Shown piece by piece: positions 1-9,308 of a stretch of 64,000 nt of DNA. The stretch's first letter is position 1; each line of letters begins with the position of its first letter. Made by a program: the position numbers and the translations under genes. Location: the NCBI GenBank assembly GCA_902614975.1, contig CACMND010000005.1:34765-98764 (forward strand), given 5' to 3'. Origin of the DNA: an uncultured Pelagibacteraceae bacterium. Lineage in GTDB: Bacteria > Pseudomonadota > Alphaproteobacteria > Pelagibacterales > Pelagibacteraceae. A model generated the notes under the pieces. It worked only from the letters and a program-made list of their open reading frames with translations. It was not told the DNA's origin and searched no databases.

Positions 1-511
1 CTCCATTTGGTAAAACAACTGTTAAGCCAGAAATAACTGTTCTCATTGTTCCATATTTCACTGCCATTGTTCCTGAAGCTGAAGTAGATGCCATTCCACC
101 GAGTGCAGCATCTGCACCAGGATCTATCGGAAAAAATACTCCATCTTCTCTTAAATATTCATTTAATTGCTTTCTTGTTACATTTGCTTGCACCCTGCAG
201 TCAAAATCCTCAGCATTTACACTTAAAACTTTATTCATTTTTTCTAAAGAAATCGTAATACCATTTTGATTTCCAACAACATGGCCTTCAAGAGATGTGC
301 CGGTTCCAAATGGAACCACTGGAATTTTATGCTCGTTACAAATTTTTAGAATTTTTGAAACTTCTTCATTAGTTTCTGGAAATACAACTGCCTTTGATAA
401 TATTGGGTTATAGGTATCTTCCCCTCTTGCATAATTTGCACGAGTAGACTCTGAGGTAGAAAATCTTCCGTTAAATATCTTTTTTAATTCTGCTTGGACG
501 GTTTCGTTCAT
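1..511 (-). CDS. FAD-linked oxidase (D-lactate dehydrogenase / glycolate oxidase GlcD-like), N-terminal part; 3' end outside window
   Basis: Own translation of minus strand from ATG at 509-511: MNETVQAELKKIF...IPVVPFGTGTSLEGH...IDPGADAALGGMASTSASG, the FAD-binding PCMH-type domain pattern of GlcD/Dld enzymes. Open-ended, so absent from ORF track. Confidence 0.75.
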   Translation of the reverse strand, partial: MNETVQAELKKIFNGRFSTSESTRANYARGEDTYNPILSKAVVFPETNEEVSKILKICNEHKIPVVPFGTGTSLEGHVVGNQNGITISLEKMNKVLSVNAEDFDCRVQANVTRKQLNEYLREDGVFFPIDPGADAALGGMASTSASGTMAVKYGTMRTVISGLTVVLPNG

Positions 512-548
512 TCTTTAATAATACAAAAATATTGATTAAAAATACAGT

Positions 549-1718
549 TTATTTAGAAAGCATCTTGCCTATATTTTCTAAGGCTTGCATTATATTATCT
601 CTAGATGCGGCAAAACTAAATCTAACGTAATCATTACAAGTTTTACCAAACGCAGTGCCAGGAACAATCGCAACTCCAGCTTCATGCATTGCTTTTTTGC
701 AAAACTCAGATCCATTCATGCCAGTCCCTTTTATATTCGGAAAAGCATAGAAAGCTCCTCCCGGCAAACTACACTCAACTCCTGGTAAATCATTTAATCC
801 TTTGTGAATTAAATTTCTTCTTAATGTAAATTTGTCTAACATATCTTTAATAGAATCTTCTGGACCATCTAATGCGGCTATACCAGCATATTGGGCTGCT
901 GCATTTACACATGATACACTATTAATCAAAAGTTTGTTTACATGTTCAACCAAATGCTCTGGCCAGTAACTCCAACCAAGTCTCCATCCAGTCATAGAAT
1001 ATGCTTTACTCCAACCCTCAAGAACAATTAATCTGTCTCTTAAATTAGGATAGTTAAAGAAAGTTGGCATTTCCTTATAGTCAAAAATTTGTCTACTATA
1101 AATTTCATCACTTAAAATTGTGACCTGCGGATGTTTTTCTAATTCTTTTGCTAAGTAGTCAATTGCAGGTTTTTCAACAAAGCTTCCAGTTGGGTTGTTT
1201 GGATTTATTAGAATTAAAAGTCTAGTTTTGTCAGTTATTAAAGACAGAATTTTGTCTGGATCAAATTTTAAATCTTTATCCTCAGTTAAATCATATGGAA
1301 CAGCTTTTGCTCCAGAATAATTAATCATTGACTCATAAATTGGAAAAGCTGGAGTTGGATGAATTATTTCAACACCTGGTTCACCATAACAAGTAATTGC
1401 ATAATACATTGTAGGTTTACCACCTGGCATTATTAAAACTCTATTTGGATCAATATCAGCATTGTAAAGTCTCTTGACCCATCTTGCGACAGCTTCTCGA
1501 CATTCTGGAATTCCATTTGATAAAACATAACCATGATGACCGTCATCTAGAGCTTTTTTTGCAGCTTCAACAACATGTTTTGGAGTTTTAAAGTCAGGTT
1601 GTCCTAGACCTAAATGGATCATAGGTTTGCCTTGTGCTTCTAATTTTTTTGCTTCTGCTAGAACAGAAAATGCACTCTCAGTTCCTAAACGATCTAATGC
1701 TTTTGCTAATTCAATCAT
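549..1718 (-). CDS. PLP-dependent aminotransferase, class I/II (aspartate aminotransferase-like)
   Basis: 389 aa; motifs LINPNNPTGS and PLP-lysine context WSKAYSMTGWRLGW. Confidence 0.85.
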   Translation of the reverse strand: MIELAKALDRLGTESAFSVLAEAKKLEAQGKPMIHLGLGQPDFKTPKHVVEAAKKALDDGHHGYVLSNGIPECREAVARWVKRLYNADIDPNRVLIMPGGKPTMYYAITCYGEPGVEIIHPTPAFPIYESMINYSGAKAVPYDLTEDKDLKFDPDKILSLITDKTRLLILINPNNPTGSFVEKPAIDYLAKELEKHPQVTILSDEIYSRQIFDYKEMPTFFNYPNLRDRLIVLEGWSKAYSMTGWRLGWSYWPEHLVEHVNKLLINSVSCVNAAAQYAGIAALDGPEDSIKDMLDKFTLRRNLIHKGLNDLPGVECSLPGGAFYAFPNIKGTGMNGSEFCKKAMHEAGVAIVPGTAFGKTCNDYVRFSFAASRDNIMQALENIGKMLSK

Positions 1719-1807
1719 AATTTTTCGTCGACAAACTAACTGAAAAGCAACTTCATGTCTATTTATTTAAAGTGAAAATAATAATAAAAATTATTTATAA
1801 AAAATAT

Positions 1808-2959
1808 TTAATTTCGGTAAATTATCTTTGATCTATCTAACTCTTTTACACTTTTGCAGCCCATAAGGATCATATTTCTTCTAATTTCATCGTGCATATT
1901 TTGAAGCAGCCTCTCTACTCCTTGTTGACCACCTGCTCCTAAACTGAACAAAAAAGCTTTACCAAAACTACAAGCTGTAGCACCTGCAGCTAAAGCCTTG
2001 AGAACGTGAGTTCCCCGTCTAACACCTCCATCTAAAATTATCTCAAGTTTATCACCCACAGCATCTGAAATAGCCTTTAGTTGATCAAAAGGAGTTCTAG
2101 ATCCATCAAGTTGTCTTCCTCCATGATTTGATATTATTATTGCTGTACAACCAATATCAACTGCTCTCTTTGCATCCTCTACAGACATTACACCCTTCAA
2201 GGCAAAAGGTCCGTCCCACTTTTTTATACAGTATTCTGCATCTTCCCAATTCATTTGTGGATCATACTGTTCATTAACATAATCTATTACGGATTTTGTA
2301 ATGTTAGTTCCCTTGTCAGTTTTGTGTTTAATATTTGCAAGTTCAAATTTCTTATTCGTAAAATATCTGAATAACCATCCTGGTCTCATCGCGAAATTCA
2401 TTATACTTTCTAATGTGAATTTAGGAGGAGTTGTAAAACCAGTTCTGTGATCTCTTTCTCTATTTCCTGCAACCAAAGTATCAACAGTTAAGCATAAACC
2501 GTCAAAGTTTGCTCTTTTACACCTATCAATCAAATCATCAGTAAATGATTTATCTTTATGGATATAAAGTTGAAATAATTTTGGTCCACTTGATATGTTA
2601 GCAATTTCTTCAATCGAAAATGAAGCCATTGTCGACATGCTATACATGGTACCAAATTTTTCTGCAGCTCTAGCTGAAGCTTTATCTCCATCAGGATGAT
2701 ATAAACTTTGCATAGCAGTAGGTGATAAAAAAATTGGCATATCTATTTTTCTACCAAAAACTGTGGTTGATAAATCTGGTTCTCCTACGCTTCTAAGAAT
2801 ATTAGGGATTAAGTCACAATCATCAAATGAATTTGTATTTCTTTTTAAAGTGGTTTCATCATCTGCACCACCATCAATGTAATGAAAAATTGGAGCTGGA
2901 AGTTTTTTTTTAGCTAGCTTTCTAAAATCTTCAAAATTATAACAATTCTTTAAGCTCAT
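1808..2959 (-). CDS. FMN-dependent alpha-hydroxy acid dehydrogenase/oxidase (L-lactate dehydrogenase / glycolate oxidase family), copy 1
   Basis: 383 aa; SNHGGRQLDGSR and LDGGVRRGTHV motifs of the FMN alpha-hydroxyacid family; start ATG overlaps stop of upstream paralogue (ATGA at 2956-2959). Confidence 0.85.
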   Translation of the reverse strand: MSLKNCYNFEDFRKLAKKKLPAPIFHYIDGGADDETTLKRNTNSFDDCDLIPNILRSVGEPDLSTTVFGRKIDMPIFLSPTAMQSLYHPDGDKASARAAEKFGTMYSMSTMASFSIEEIANISSGPKLFQLYIHKDKSFTDDLIDRCKRANFDGLCLTVDTLVAGNRERDHRTGFTTPPKFTLESIMNFAMRPGWLFRYFTNKKFELANIKHKTDKGTNITKSVIDYVNEQYDPQMNWEDAEYCIKKWDGPFALKGVMSVEDAKRAVDIGCTAIIISNHGGRQLDGSRTPFDQLKAISDAVGDKLEIILDGGVRRGTHVLKALAAGATACSFGKAFLFSLGAGGQQGVERLLQNMHDEIRRNMILMGCKSVKELDRSKIIYRN

Positions 2960-4110
2960 GCATTTCGGAATCTTAAATTATTTCGATTAAGATCACTGAT
3001 CTTTGTGCAGCCCATTAATTTCATGTCTCTTACTAATTCAGTTTTATATAAGTTAAGTGCTCTCTCAACACCTTCTTGACCTGCTGCAGCTAAAGCATAA
3101 AGATATAATCTTCCACCAGCACAAGCTTTTGCACCCATAGATAAAGCTTTTAACATATGAGTTCCTCTTTGAAATCCACCTTCACAAATAACATCTAACT
3201 TATCACCAACTGCATCAACAATTTCAGCTAATTGATCGAAAGGTGATCTAGATCCATCAAGTTGTCTTCCTCCATGATTTGATACCATTATACCAGTGCA
3301 TCCGATATCAACTGCTCTTTTAGCATCTTCAACACTCATAACTCCCTTAAGCGCAAAATGGCCACCCCACTGAGAGCACAATTTTTCAGCGTCGTCCCAG
3401 TTCATAGATTGATCCAACATAGTAGAAAAATAATTACCAATTGAAGTATTTGTGTCAGTTCCTTCTTTAACAAAATCTTGAAGATGTGGTAGTTCAAATT
3501 TTCCTTTGGTTAAATAATTTATTCCCCACATTGGTTTTGTGGCAAAACTAAACAAGCTCGAAAGTGTTAATTTTGGAGGTGATGTAAATCCAGTTCTTAA
3601 ATCTCTTTCACGATTTCCTCCTGTTATCGTATCAACAGTTAAAGCCATCACATCAAATTTTGCTGCTTTTGCTCGTTCTAAACAAGAGTCATTTAATCCT
3701 CTGTCTTTATGGAAATAAAATTGAAACATTTTTGGTGTGTCTATTAAAGATGAAATTTCCTCAACACTAACTGTAGCCAATGCCGAAACACCAAACATCG
3801 TATTAAACTTCTTTGCAGCTTTTCCAACCGCTCTTTCTCCTTCGTAATGGAATAACCTTTGCAGAGCTGTTGGAGAACAATAAAAAGGCAAATCTAATTT
3901 TTTTCCAAAAATAGTTGTCGACAAATCCACATTTTCAACACCTCTTAAGACATTTGGAACTAAGTCAACATCATTAAATGCACTACTATTTCTTGCATAA
4001 GTTATTTCATCATCCGCAGCCCCATCAATATAATGAAATATTGGAGATGGAAGCTTTTGTTTTGCCAATTTTCTAAAGTCATAAAAGTTATGACAATCTT
4101 TTAATCTCAT
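2956..4110 (-). CDS. FMN-dependent alpha-hydroxy acid dehydrogenase/oxidase, copy 2 (tandem paralogue)
   Basis: 384 aa; collinear with copy 1 over full length (roughly 55-60% identity by eye); shares FALKGVMSVEDAKRAVDIGCT and SNHGGRQLDGSR blocks. Confidence 0.85.
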   Translation of the reverse strand: MRLKDCHNFYDFRKLAKQKLPSPIFHYIDGAADDEITYARNSSAFNDVDLVPNVLRGVENVDLSTTIFGKKLDLPFYCSPTALQRLFHYEGERAVGKAAKKFNTMFGVSALATVSVEEISSLIDTPKMFQFYFHKDRGLNDSCLERAKAAKFDVMALTVDTITGGNRERDLRTGFTSPPKLTLSSLFSFATKPMWGINYLTKGKFELPHLQDFVKEGTDTNTSIGNYFSTMLDQSMNWDDAEKLCSQWGGHFALKGVMSVEDAKRAVDIGCTGIMVSNHGGRQLDGSRSPFDQLAEIVDAVGDKLDVICEGGFQRGTHMLKALSMGAKACAGGRLYLYALAAAGQEGVERALNLYKTELVRDMKLMGCTKISDLNRNNLRFRNA

Positions 4111-4118
4111 ATCTTAAG

Positions 4119-4604
4119 TTAAAATTTTTTTGTAAAATTAAACATATAACTATTTGCCCCAGGATTTTTATCTCCAAGACTCGCATTAGAAATATGATTA
4201 TAAGAAATACCTAATTCAGAATTAGATGAGATATCAAATAATATCTGTATTTGTGTCTTAAATTCAATTTCGTGACCTAAGTCCTTGCCATCTCCTTCGT
4301 CATAATATCCAATCGCAAAACTAGGAGAGAAAGTAGTTGAATTAGATTTTTGATTTAATTGATAACCTGTATAAATATATAATGCATCATCAGCTGTTAT
4401 CATTGCGCCTGTCACAGGCTGAACATTTCCTAAGAAAATATCTTTGCTAGCATTAAAATTTATATATTCGGCACCAAATAGATTTGCTCTCTTACCATCA
4501 TCGCTGAAATCGAACATGCCAGTGTAAAAACTCCATTTATTTTCTGCGTTAGAAAATGAGACAGTAAGAAATGAAATTATCAAAGTTTTAATTAAAATCT
4601 TCAT
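4119..4604 (-). CDS. small outer-membrane beta-barrel protein, PagL/acyloxyacyl-hydrolase-like (lipid A deacylase family)
   Basis: 161 aa; N-terminal signal peptide (MKILIKTLIISFLTVSFSNA), alternating beta-strand pattern, HISNASLG (His-x-Ser-Asn) near C-terminus, terminal Phe. Confidence 0.5.
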   Translation of the reverse strand: MKILIKTLIISFLTVSFSNAENKWSFYTGMFDFSDDGKRANLFGAEYINFNASKDIFLGNVQPVTGAMITADDALYIYTGYQLNQKSNSTTFSPSFAIGYYDEGDGKDLGHEIEFKTQIQILFDISSNSELGISYNHISNASLGDKNPGANSYMFNFTKKF

Positions 4605-4618
4605 ATTAAAAATCCTGG

Positions 4619-4978
4619 TTACTTTATAGATACTTTTCTAATAATTAAAAGGCCGCCAAAAGCGAACAAAATCAAAGGTATTGACCAGAGTAAAAATGTA
4701 TTTTGGTTTAATTCTGGTTCATATACAATCCACTCTCCATATTTATTTTTTAAATAATCATATATTTCTTCTTCTTCTTTACCTTCATCAATCTTATTTT
4801 TTACAACAAGCTTCATACTAACAGCAAAATCGGACTGAGAGTCGTAAACAGATTGGCCTTGGCATATCAAACACCTTAAGTTTTTTGTAATTTGATCTAC
4901 TTTGGTATTTATTTCATTCGCATAGGAAAAATTAAAACTAAAATATAGCAGCAATATTAATTTTAAAATTTTAAACAT
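4619..4978 (-). CDS. ccmH: cytochrome c-type biogenesis protein CcmH
   Basis: 119 aa; signal peptide, LRCLICQGQS (LRCxxC) motif, C-terminal TM helix; last gene of ccm cluster. Confidence 0.8.
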   Translation of the reverse strand: MFKILKLILLLYFSFNFSYANEINTKVDQITKNLRCLICQGQSVYDSQSDFAVSMKLVVKNKIDEGKEEEEIYDYLKNKYGEWIVYEPELNQNTFLLWSIPLILFAFGGLLIIRKVSIK

Positions 4979-5516
4979 TTTTTTTTAATAAATTTTTTAT
5001 TTCTATTAAATTGTCACTTGTCAATGGACCAATATACTTTTTAATTATCTCATTTGTTTTACCACTTATGATAAAAGTTTCAGGAACACCAATAGCTCCG
5101 AATTCTATTGATTTTGTTCCATCATTATCGGTAATAACTTCTGAATAAGGATTTCCAAGTGAGCTTAAAAAATTTTTCGCATTTTTTGGACTGTCTTTAT
5201 AATTAATTCCAATTATATTTATGTTCATATCTTTTAATTTCATTAAAAACTGATGCTCTTCTCTACATGGTGCACACCAAGATGCCCAAATATTTACTAC
5301 AGAAGGACTATTTTTATCAAATAAGTCTGAAATATTAATTATTTCATCAGAAAATAGTTTTTTTGCATTAAGTGAAAAATCTATTTTACTTTTTAATTTC
5401 TCGTTAGAGTAATCTTTCGATACGTTCAATCCCTTGAGCAAGATTATAAAAATTATTATTAATGTTAGTAGTAATCCTAAAAATTTAATATTTTTGCTCA
5501 TTTTTTCTAATAACAC
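4971..5516 (-). CDS. ccmG: thiol:disulfide interchange protein DsbE/CcmG
   Basis: 181 aa; thioredoxin-fold WASWCAPCREEH motif, N-terminal membrane anchor; start may be the internal Met at 5501. Confidence 0.85.
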   Translation of the reverse strand: MLLEKMSKNIKFLGLLLTLIIIFIILLKGLNVSKDYSNEKLKSKIDFSLNAKKLFSDEIINISDLFDKNSPSVVNIWASWCAPCREEHQFLMKLKDMNINIIGINYKDSPKNAKNFLSSLGNPYSEVITDNDGTKSIEFGAIGVPETFIISGKTNEIIKKYIGPLTSDNLIEIKNLLKKNV

Positions 5517-7365
5517 TTAATAAACCACCAAAACTAATAAATATAGTTGAGATCCATATCCAAATCATTAAGGGCTTATATTGATATCTTACGTTATAAT
5601 AGCCATCGTCTTTTAAAATATTAAATACTAAAAAATTATCTGAAAATAATGTTGTCTTAATATCTGCTTCACTCGTAATAGTTAAAGGCTGCTGGTAAAT
5701 CCTAACTTCTGGGTATAAAGCAAAAGAGGAATTTTTATTCGTAACTTCAAAACTAGCTTTAAGAGATTTATAATTGTCTACATCTTTAACATTAACTTCT
5801 TTTAATTTTACAACTTTGTCATTGAATATTCTTTCATCTCCTACTTTCATATTTGAATTGAATTCATTAGAAAAAAGTCCATTCAATAAGATACTTGTAA
5901 TTAATAAGCTAAAACCAAAATGTGAAATTTTTTGGCTAATCGAGGATTTGCTAACGAAAAAATCCTTAATTGTTACTAATAAAAGATAGATGCTCAAAAC
6001 TATCAGAGGAATAGACAACAGAAATGAATTTTCGGTTTTTGTTAAAATGACATATGAAATAAGTAATGAAACTAAAAAAATAATTAAAATATTATAGTTA
6101 AACTTTTTTAATTTATCTTTAATCCATTTCAAACTTGGGCCAAAGCTCATGAATATTAAAAAAGGAATTAAGAAGGGTATTAAAAGATTATGATAAAAAG
6201 GCGGACCAACAGAAATTTTTGAACCATTTAAAACTTCAAGAAAAATTGGATAAATTGTACCAACAAGAACAACAGATAAAAAAAACATCATAAACCAGTT
6301 ATTCACTAATATTGCAGTCTCTTTACTTAAAATAAAATTCTCTTTGGCTGTGTTTGATATTTTATTCTGATTAAAAAAGAAAATTAATATAGACATCAAA
6401 ATTAGGATAAAGAGAAAACTTAATATATATAGCCCTCTTGATGGATCGTTTGCAAAAGTGTGAATTGAATTTAAAATTCCAGACCTAACAAGAAAAGTGC
6501 CACTCATACTCAGTGAGAAAGTTGTAATTGACAAAATAATAGTCCACTCTTTAAACGAATTTCTTTTCTGTAATACAATTACAGTATGCAGTAGCGCTGT
6601 TAAGCAAAACCATGGCATTAATGAAACATTTTCTACAGGATCCCAAAACCAAAAACCTCCCCAGCCCAGCTCATAATATGCCCATATAGATCCAAGCAAA
6701 ATACCAATTGTTAAAAATACCCAAGATACCAAAACCCATTTTTTAATGTGCCTTGCCCACTTATCTCCAATATTTCCGCTAATCATTGAGGCAAGTGAAG
6801 CTGAAAAGATAATAGATGTTCCAACATAACCTAAATATAAAATTGGAGGATGAATAGCTAAAGCAGGGTCTTGTAAAATAGGGTTCAAACCTAATCCCTC
6901 GCTAGGAATTGGATATAGCATTTTGAATGGGTTGGAAGTTAATAAAATAAAAACTAGAAAACCTGAAATAATAATTTGTTGAAATAGTATCGTTAAAAGT
7001 TTGTATTTAGTATCTTGTGATCTTGAATTTAATAAAAAAATAAATAGAAAAATTGAAAGAACTAATAACCACAATAATAAACTTCCCTCGTGATTTCCCC
7101 ATGTGCCTGATACTTTATAAAATAAAGGTTTTAAAGTATGAGAATTGTTGAAAACAGTTTCATTACTAAAATCTGAAATTACAAAAGCTGCAACTAGACT
7201 AAAAAAACTTACCGTAATCATTATAGTTTGTATTGAAGTAATTAAAATAAAGTTTTTATCTAAATATTTATTTTCTGAATTTGCATCCAAGTATGACTTA
7301 AAAATTAAATAAACAGATGCTATTAAAGCAATATATAAAGAATAATTTCCTAAATAATTAGACAT
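5485..7365 (-). CDS. ccmF: cytochrome c heme lyase subunit CcmF
   Basis: 626 aa polytopic membrane protein with Trp-rich heme-handling motif WGGFWFWDPVEN. Confidence 0.9.
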   Translation of the reverse strand: MSNYLGNYSLYIALIASVYLIFKSYLDANSENKYLDKNFILITSIQTIMITVSFFSLVAAFVISDFSNETVFNNSHTLKPLFYKVSGTWGNHEGSLLLWLLVLSIFLFIFLLNSRSQDTKYKLLTILFQQIIISGFLVFILLTSNPFKMLYPIPSEGLGLNPILQDPALAIHPPILYLGYVGTSIIFSASLASMISGNIGDKWARHIKKWVLVSWVFLTIGILLGSIWAYYELGWGGFWFWDPVENVSLMPWFCLTALLHTVIVLQKRNSFKEWTIILSITTFSLSMSGTFLVRSGILNSIHTFANDPSRGLYILSFLFILILMSILIFFFNQNKISNTAKENFILSKETAILVNNWFMMFFLSVVLVGTIYPIFLEVLNGSKISVGPPFYHNLLIPFLIPFLIFMSFGPSLKWIKDKLKKFNYNILIIFLVSLLISYVILTKTENSFLLSIPLIVLSIYLLLVTIKDFFVSKSSISQKISHFGFSLLITSILLNGLFSNEFNSNMKVGDERIFNDKVVKLKEVNVKDVDNYKSLKASFEVTNKNSSFALYPEVRIYQQPLTITSEADIKTTLFSDNFLVFNILKDDGYYNVRYQYKPLMIWIWISTIFISFGGLLSVIRKNEQKY

Positions 7366-7370
7366 ACAAA

Positions 7371-7793
7371 TTAATTGCTTTTCATAGCCTCGATTACTTC
7401 AGGAGGCATATAATTTTCATCATGTTTTGCTAAAATCTTGTCAGCATTTAGAAAACTTTTATCCTTTAAGAAACCTTCAGCAACTACACCCTTACCCTCT
7501 TCAAACAGATTAGGTACAGATCCATTAAAGTTGACTAATAATTCATTTTTGAAATCCGTAATTACGAAAAAAATTTCTTTATCGTTGATTTTAATAGAAT
7601 TTTTTTTCACCATTCCACCAACTCTAATTTTTTGAGCATTTTTGATTTCATTAAGGTTTTTAATGTCTGTTGGAGACTTAAAATATACTACGTTTTCCTC
7701 AAGAGATTTAACCACCAAAAAAATTGTAAGAACTAATGAAATTAAAATTAAAAAAATAAAAAGGGCTCTAAATTTAACTTTTTTTCCGTACAT
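7371..7793 (-). CDS. ccmE: cytochrome c maturation heme chaperone CcmE
   Basis: 140 aa; single N-terminal TM helix and heme-binding [13 protein letters not shown] motif. Confidence 0.85.
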   Translation of the reverse strand: MYGKKVKFRALFIFLILISLVLTIFLVVKSLEENVVYFKSPTDIKNLNEIKNAQKIRVGGMVKKNSIKINDKEIFFVITDFKNELLVNFNGSVPNLFEEGKGVVAEGFLKDKSFLNADKILAKHDENYMPPEVIEAMKSN

Positions 7794-7804
7794 GTGAATT
7801 TTAG

Positions 7805-8038
7805 TTAAACTTTAGATGTGGAAGTGTTTGCTAATATCTCTCTGTACGTTTTTTGCTTAGCTACTGATGCAAGTTTCTTTTCATCTAGTGATTTATAATT
7901 TTCCTCAAATTTCTTTTTCTCTTTAATTAAATTTAATTTTACTACCGCGTACAAGAAGCTAAAAGAAAATAGAGTAAATATAAATGATGACCAAACGTAT
8001 ACACCGTATCCATTCATATTTAGTAGTTCACTAATCAT
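7805..8038 (-). CDS. ccmD: heme exporter protein CcmD
   Basis: 77 aa single-TM protein between ccmC and ccmE, start overlapping ccmC stop; call mostly positional. Confidence 0.6.
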   Translation of the reverse strand: MISELLNMNGYGVYVWSSFIFTLFSFSFLYAVVKLNLIKEKKKFEENYKSLDEKKLASVAKQKTYREILANTSTSKV

Positions 8039-8742
8039 AATCTATTAAGACCTTTATTTTTAATCTTTAACAGTTCTGTATTATATTTCATTAAAAATAT
8101 CAAAAGTGAAAATAGAGCAAATGCCGCAGTCATTATAGCTAATGGTGTCAACATTGAAGAATGAATTGTTGTTTCTTCCAAAATTTTTACTGACGCAGGT
8201 TGGTGTAAAGTATTCCACCATTCTACTGAAAATTTTATAACTGGAATATTTATAAGACCAATAATTGCTATTATTGAGCTAATTTTTTCTGCTTTACTAG
8301 TGTCTGTCGTAATCTTCCAAGAAGTAATGAACAATAAATAAAAAATTGAAAGTAAAAGCATTGAAGTTATTCTTGCATCCCAAGCCCACCAAGTTCCCCA
8401 GGTTGGTTTTCCCCAAATTGATCCTGTAACTAAAGCTATTATGCTAAAAACAAAACCAGAAGGTGCTAAACTTTTTGTTATTAAAGAGAAATTTTTATTT
8501 TTAAAAACAAAAACTCCAAAAGAAAGAATGGAAATAAATGAAAATATTCCGAGTGATATCCAAGCTGATGGAACATGGACATACATAATCCTAACTGAGT
8601 CACTCTGCTTATAATCCTCAGGAGAAAGAACTAAAGCTTCAACTAATCCAAGTAACAATACAATTATAAATAGAGCAAATACAAACTTTTGTATTTTATT
8701 AATTATCTTTAAAGTATTATTCGGATTGAAATAATTAATCAT
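8035..8742 (-). CDS. ccmC: heme exporter protein CcmC
   Basis: 235 aa membrane protein with WGKPTWGTWWAWDARI (WGxxWxWD) heme-binding motif. Confidence 0.9.
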   Translation of the reverse strand: MINYFNPNNTLKIINKIQKFVFALFIIVLLLGLVEALVLSPEDYKQSDSVRIMYVHVPSAWISLGIFSFISILSFGVFVFKNKNFSLITKSLAPSGFVFSIIALVTGSIWGKPTWGTWWAWDARITSMLLLSIFYLLFITSWKITTDTSKAEKISSIIAIIGLINIPVIKFSVEWWNTLHQPASVKILEETTIHSSMLTPLAIMTAAFALFSLLIFLMKYNTELLKIKNKGLNRL

Positions 8743-8789
8743 AATTTTTTATAACACATAAATTTTAGATTAAAATTGTTCAAAATTTT

Positions 8790-8839
8790 CTGACCAAGAA
8801 TACAGAGGGAGATAGAGGAAAAACAGTACTCTTGATCAG
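8790..8839 (-). other. intergenic imperfect hairpin (12-14 bp stem, purine-rich / CU-rich 22-26 nt loop) between hspQ stop and ccmC start
   Basis: ctgaccaagaat (8790-8801) pairs with actcttgatcag (8828-8839). The two C-A mismatches on the + strand become G-U pairs on the - strand, so the fold is better in the sense of the flanking genes. Confidence 0.3.
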
Positions 8840-8909
8840 AATTAAATATTTTATAACAAACAGATATGACAGAGATTTGGGACAATTGTGTTTAAATATT
8901 GGCTATTAG

Positions 8910-9230
8910 TTAATTTGAAGGCTTGAAGTAGCTTGATCCACGCTTACCTGAAAAAATTTCGTTAATTAGAGGGTGTTTTATAGGCTCTTCAGAGTCATCA
9001 AATAATAGATTTTGCTCAGACACATAAGCCTCGTAAGTAATTTCGTCATTCTCTGCTAGTAAATGATAAAATGGCTGATCCTTTCTAGGTCTCACGTTTT
9101 TTGGAATCGATTGATACCACTCCTCTGAGTTATTAAATTCAAAGTCAACATCGTAAATCACACCTCTAAAATCGAAGTGTCTATGTTTTACAACGTCTCC
9201 AATTGAAAATTTAGCTTTTTGAGTACTCAC
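8910..9230 (-). CDS. hspQ: heat shock protein HspQ / hemimethylated-DNA-binding YccV family
   Basis: 106 aa; KFSIGDVVKHRHFDFRGVIYDVD...PFYHLL pattern of the YccV/HspQ family; GTG start. Confidence 0.75.
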   Translation of the reverse strand: MSTQKAKFSIGDVVKHRHFDFRGVIYDVDFEFNNSEEWYQSIPKNVRPRKDQPFYHLLAENDEITYEAYVSEQNLLFDDSEEPIKHPLINEIFSGKRGSSYFKPSN

Positions 9231-9237
9231 GATATTA

Positions 9238-9266
9238 AATATGGATATTTGATGAAAAAAATCAAT
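9238..9266 (-). promoter_or_regulatory. candidate sigma32 (RpoH)-type promoter of hspQ
   Basis: Minus strand reads ATTGAT-N14-ATCCATATT, ending 7 nt before the GTG start. It has the same -10 core and the same 14-nt spacing as the element upstream of hslV (52345-52373). Confidence 0.3.
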
Positions 9267-9308
9267 AAAAAAAATATAAATGTTTTATTAATCTGTTAAT
9301 ATGTAGCA

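Noticed and set aside
1808-4110. Recent tandem duplication or gene conversion of the FMN dehydrogenases
   Set aside because: Even the identical peptide blocks are encoded with many synonymous differences, and overall identity is only about 55-60%. This is an old duplication, reported instead as divergent paralogues.
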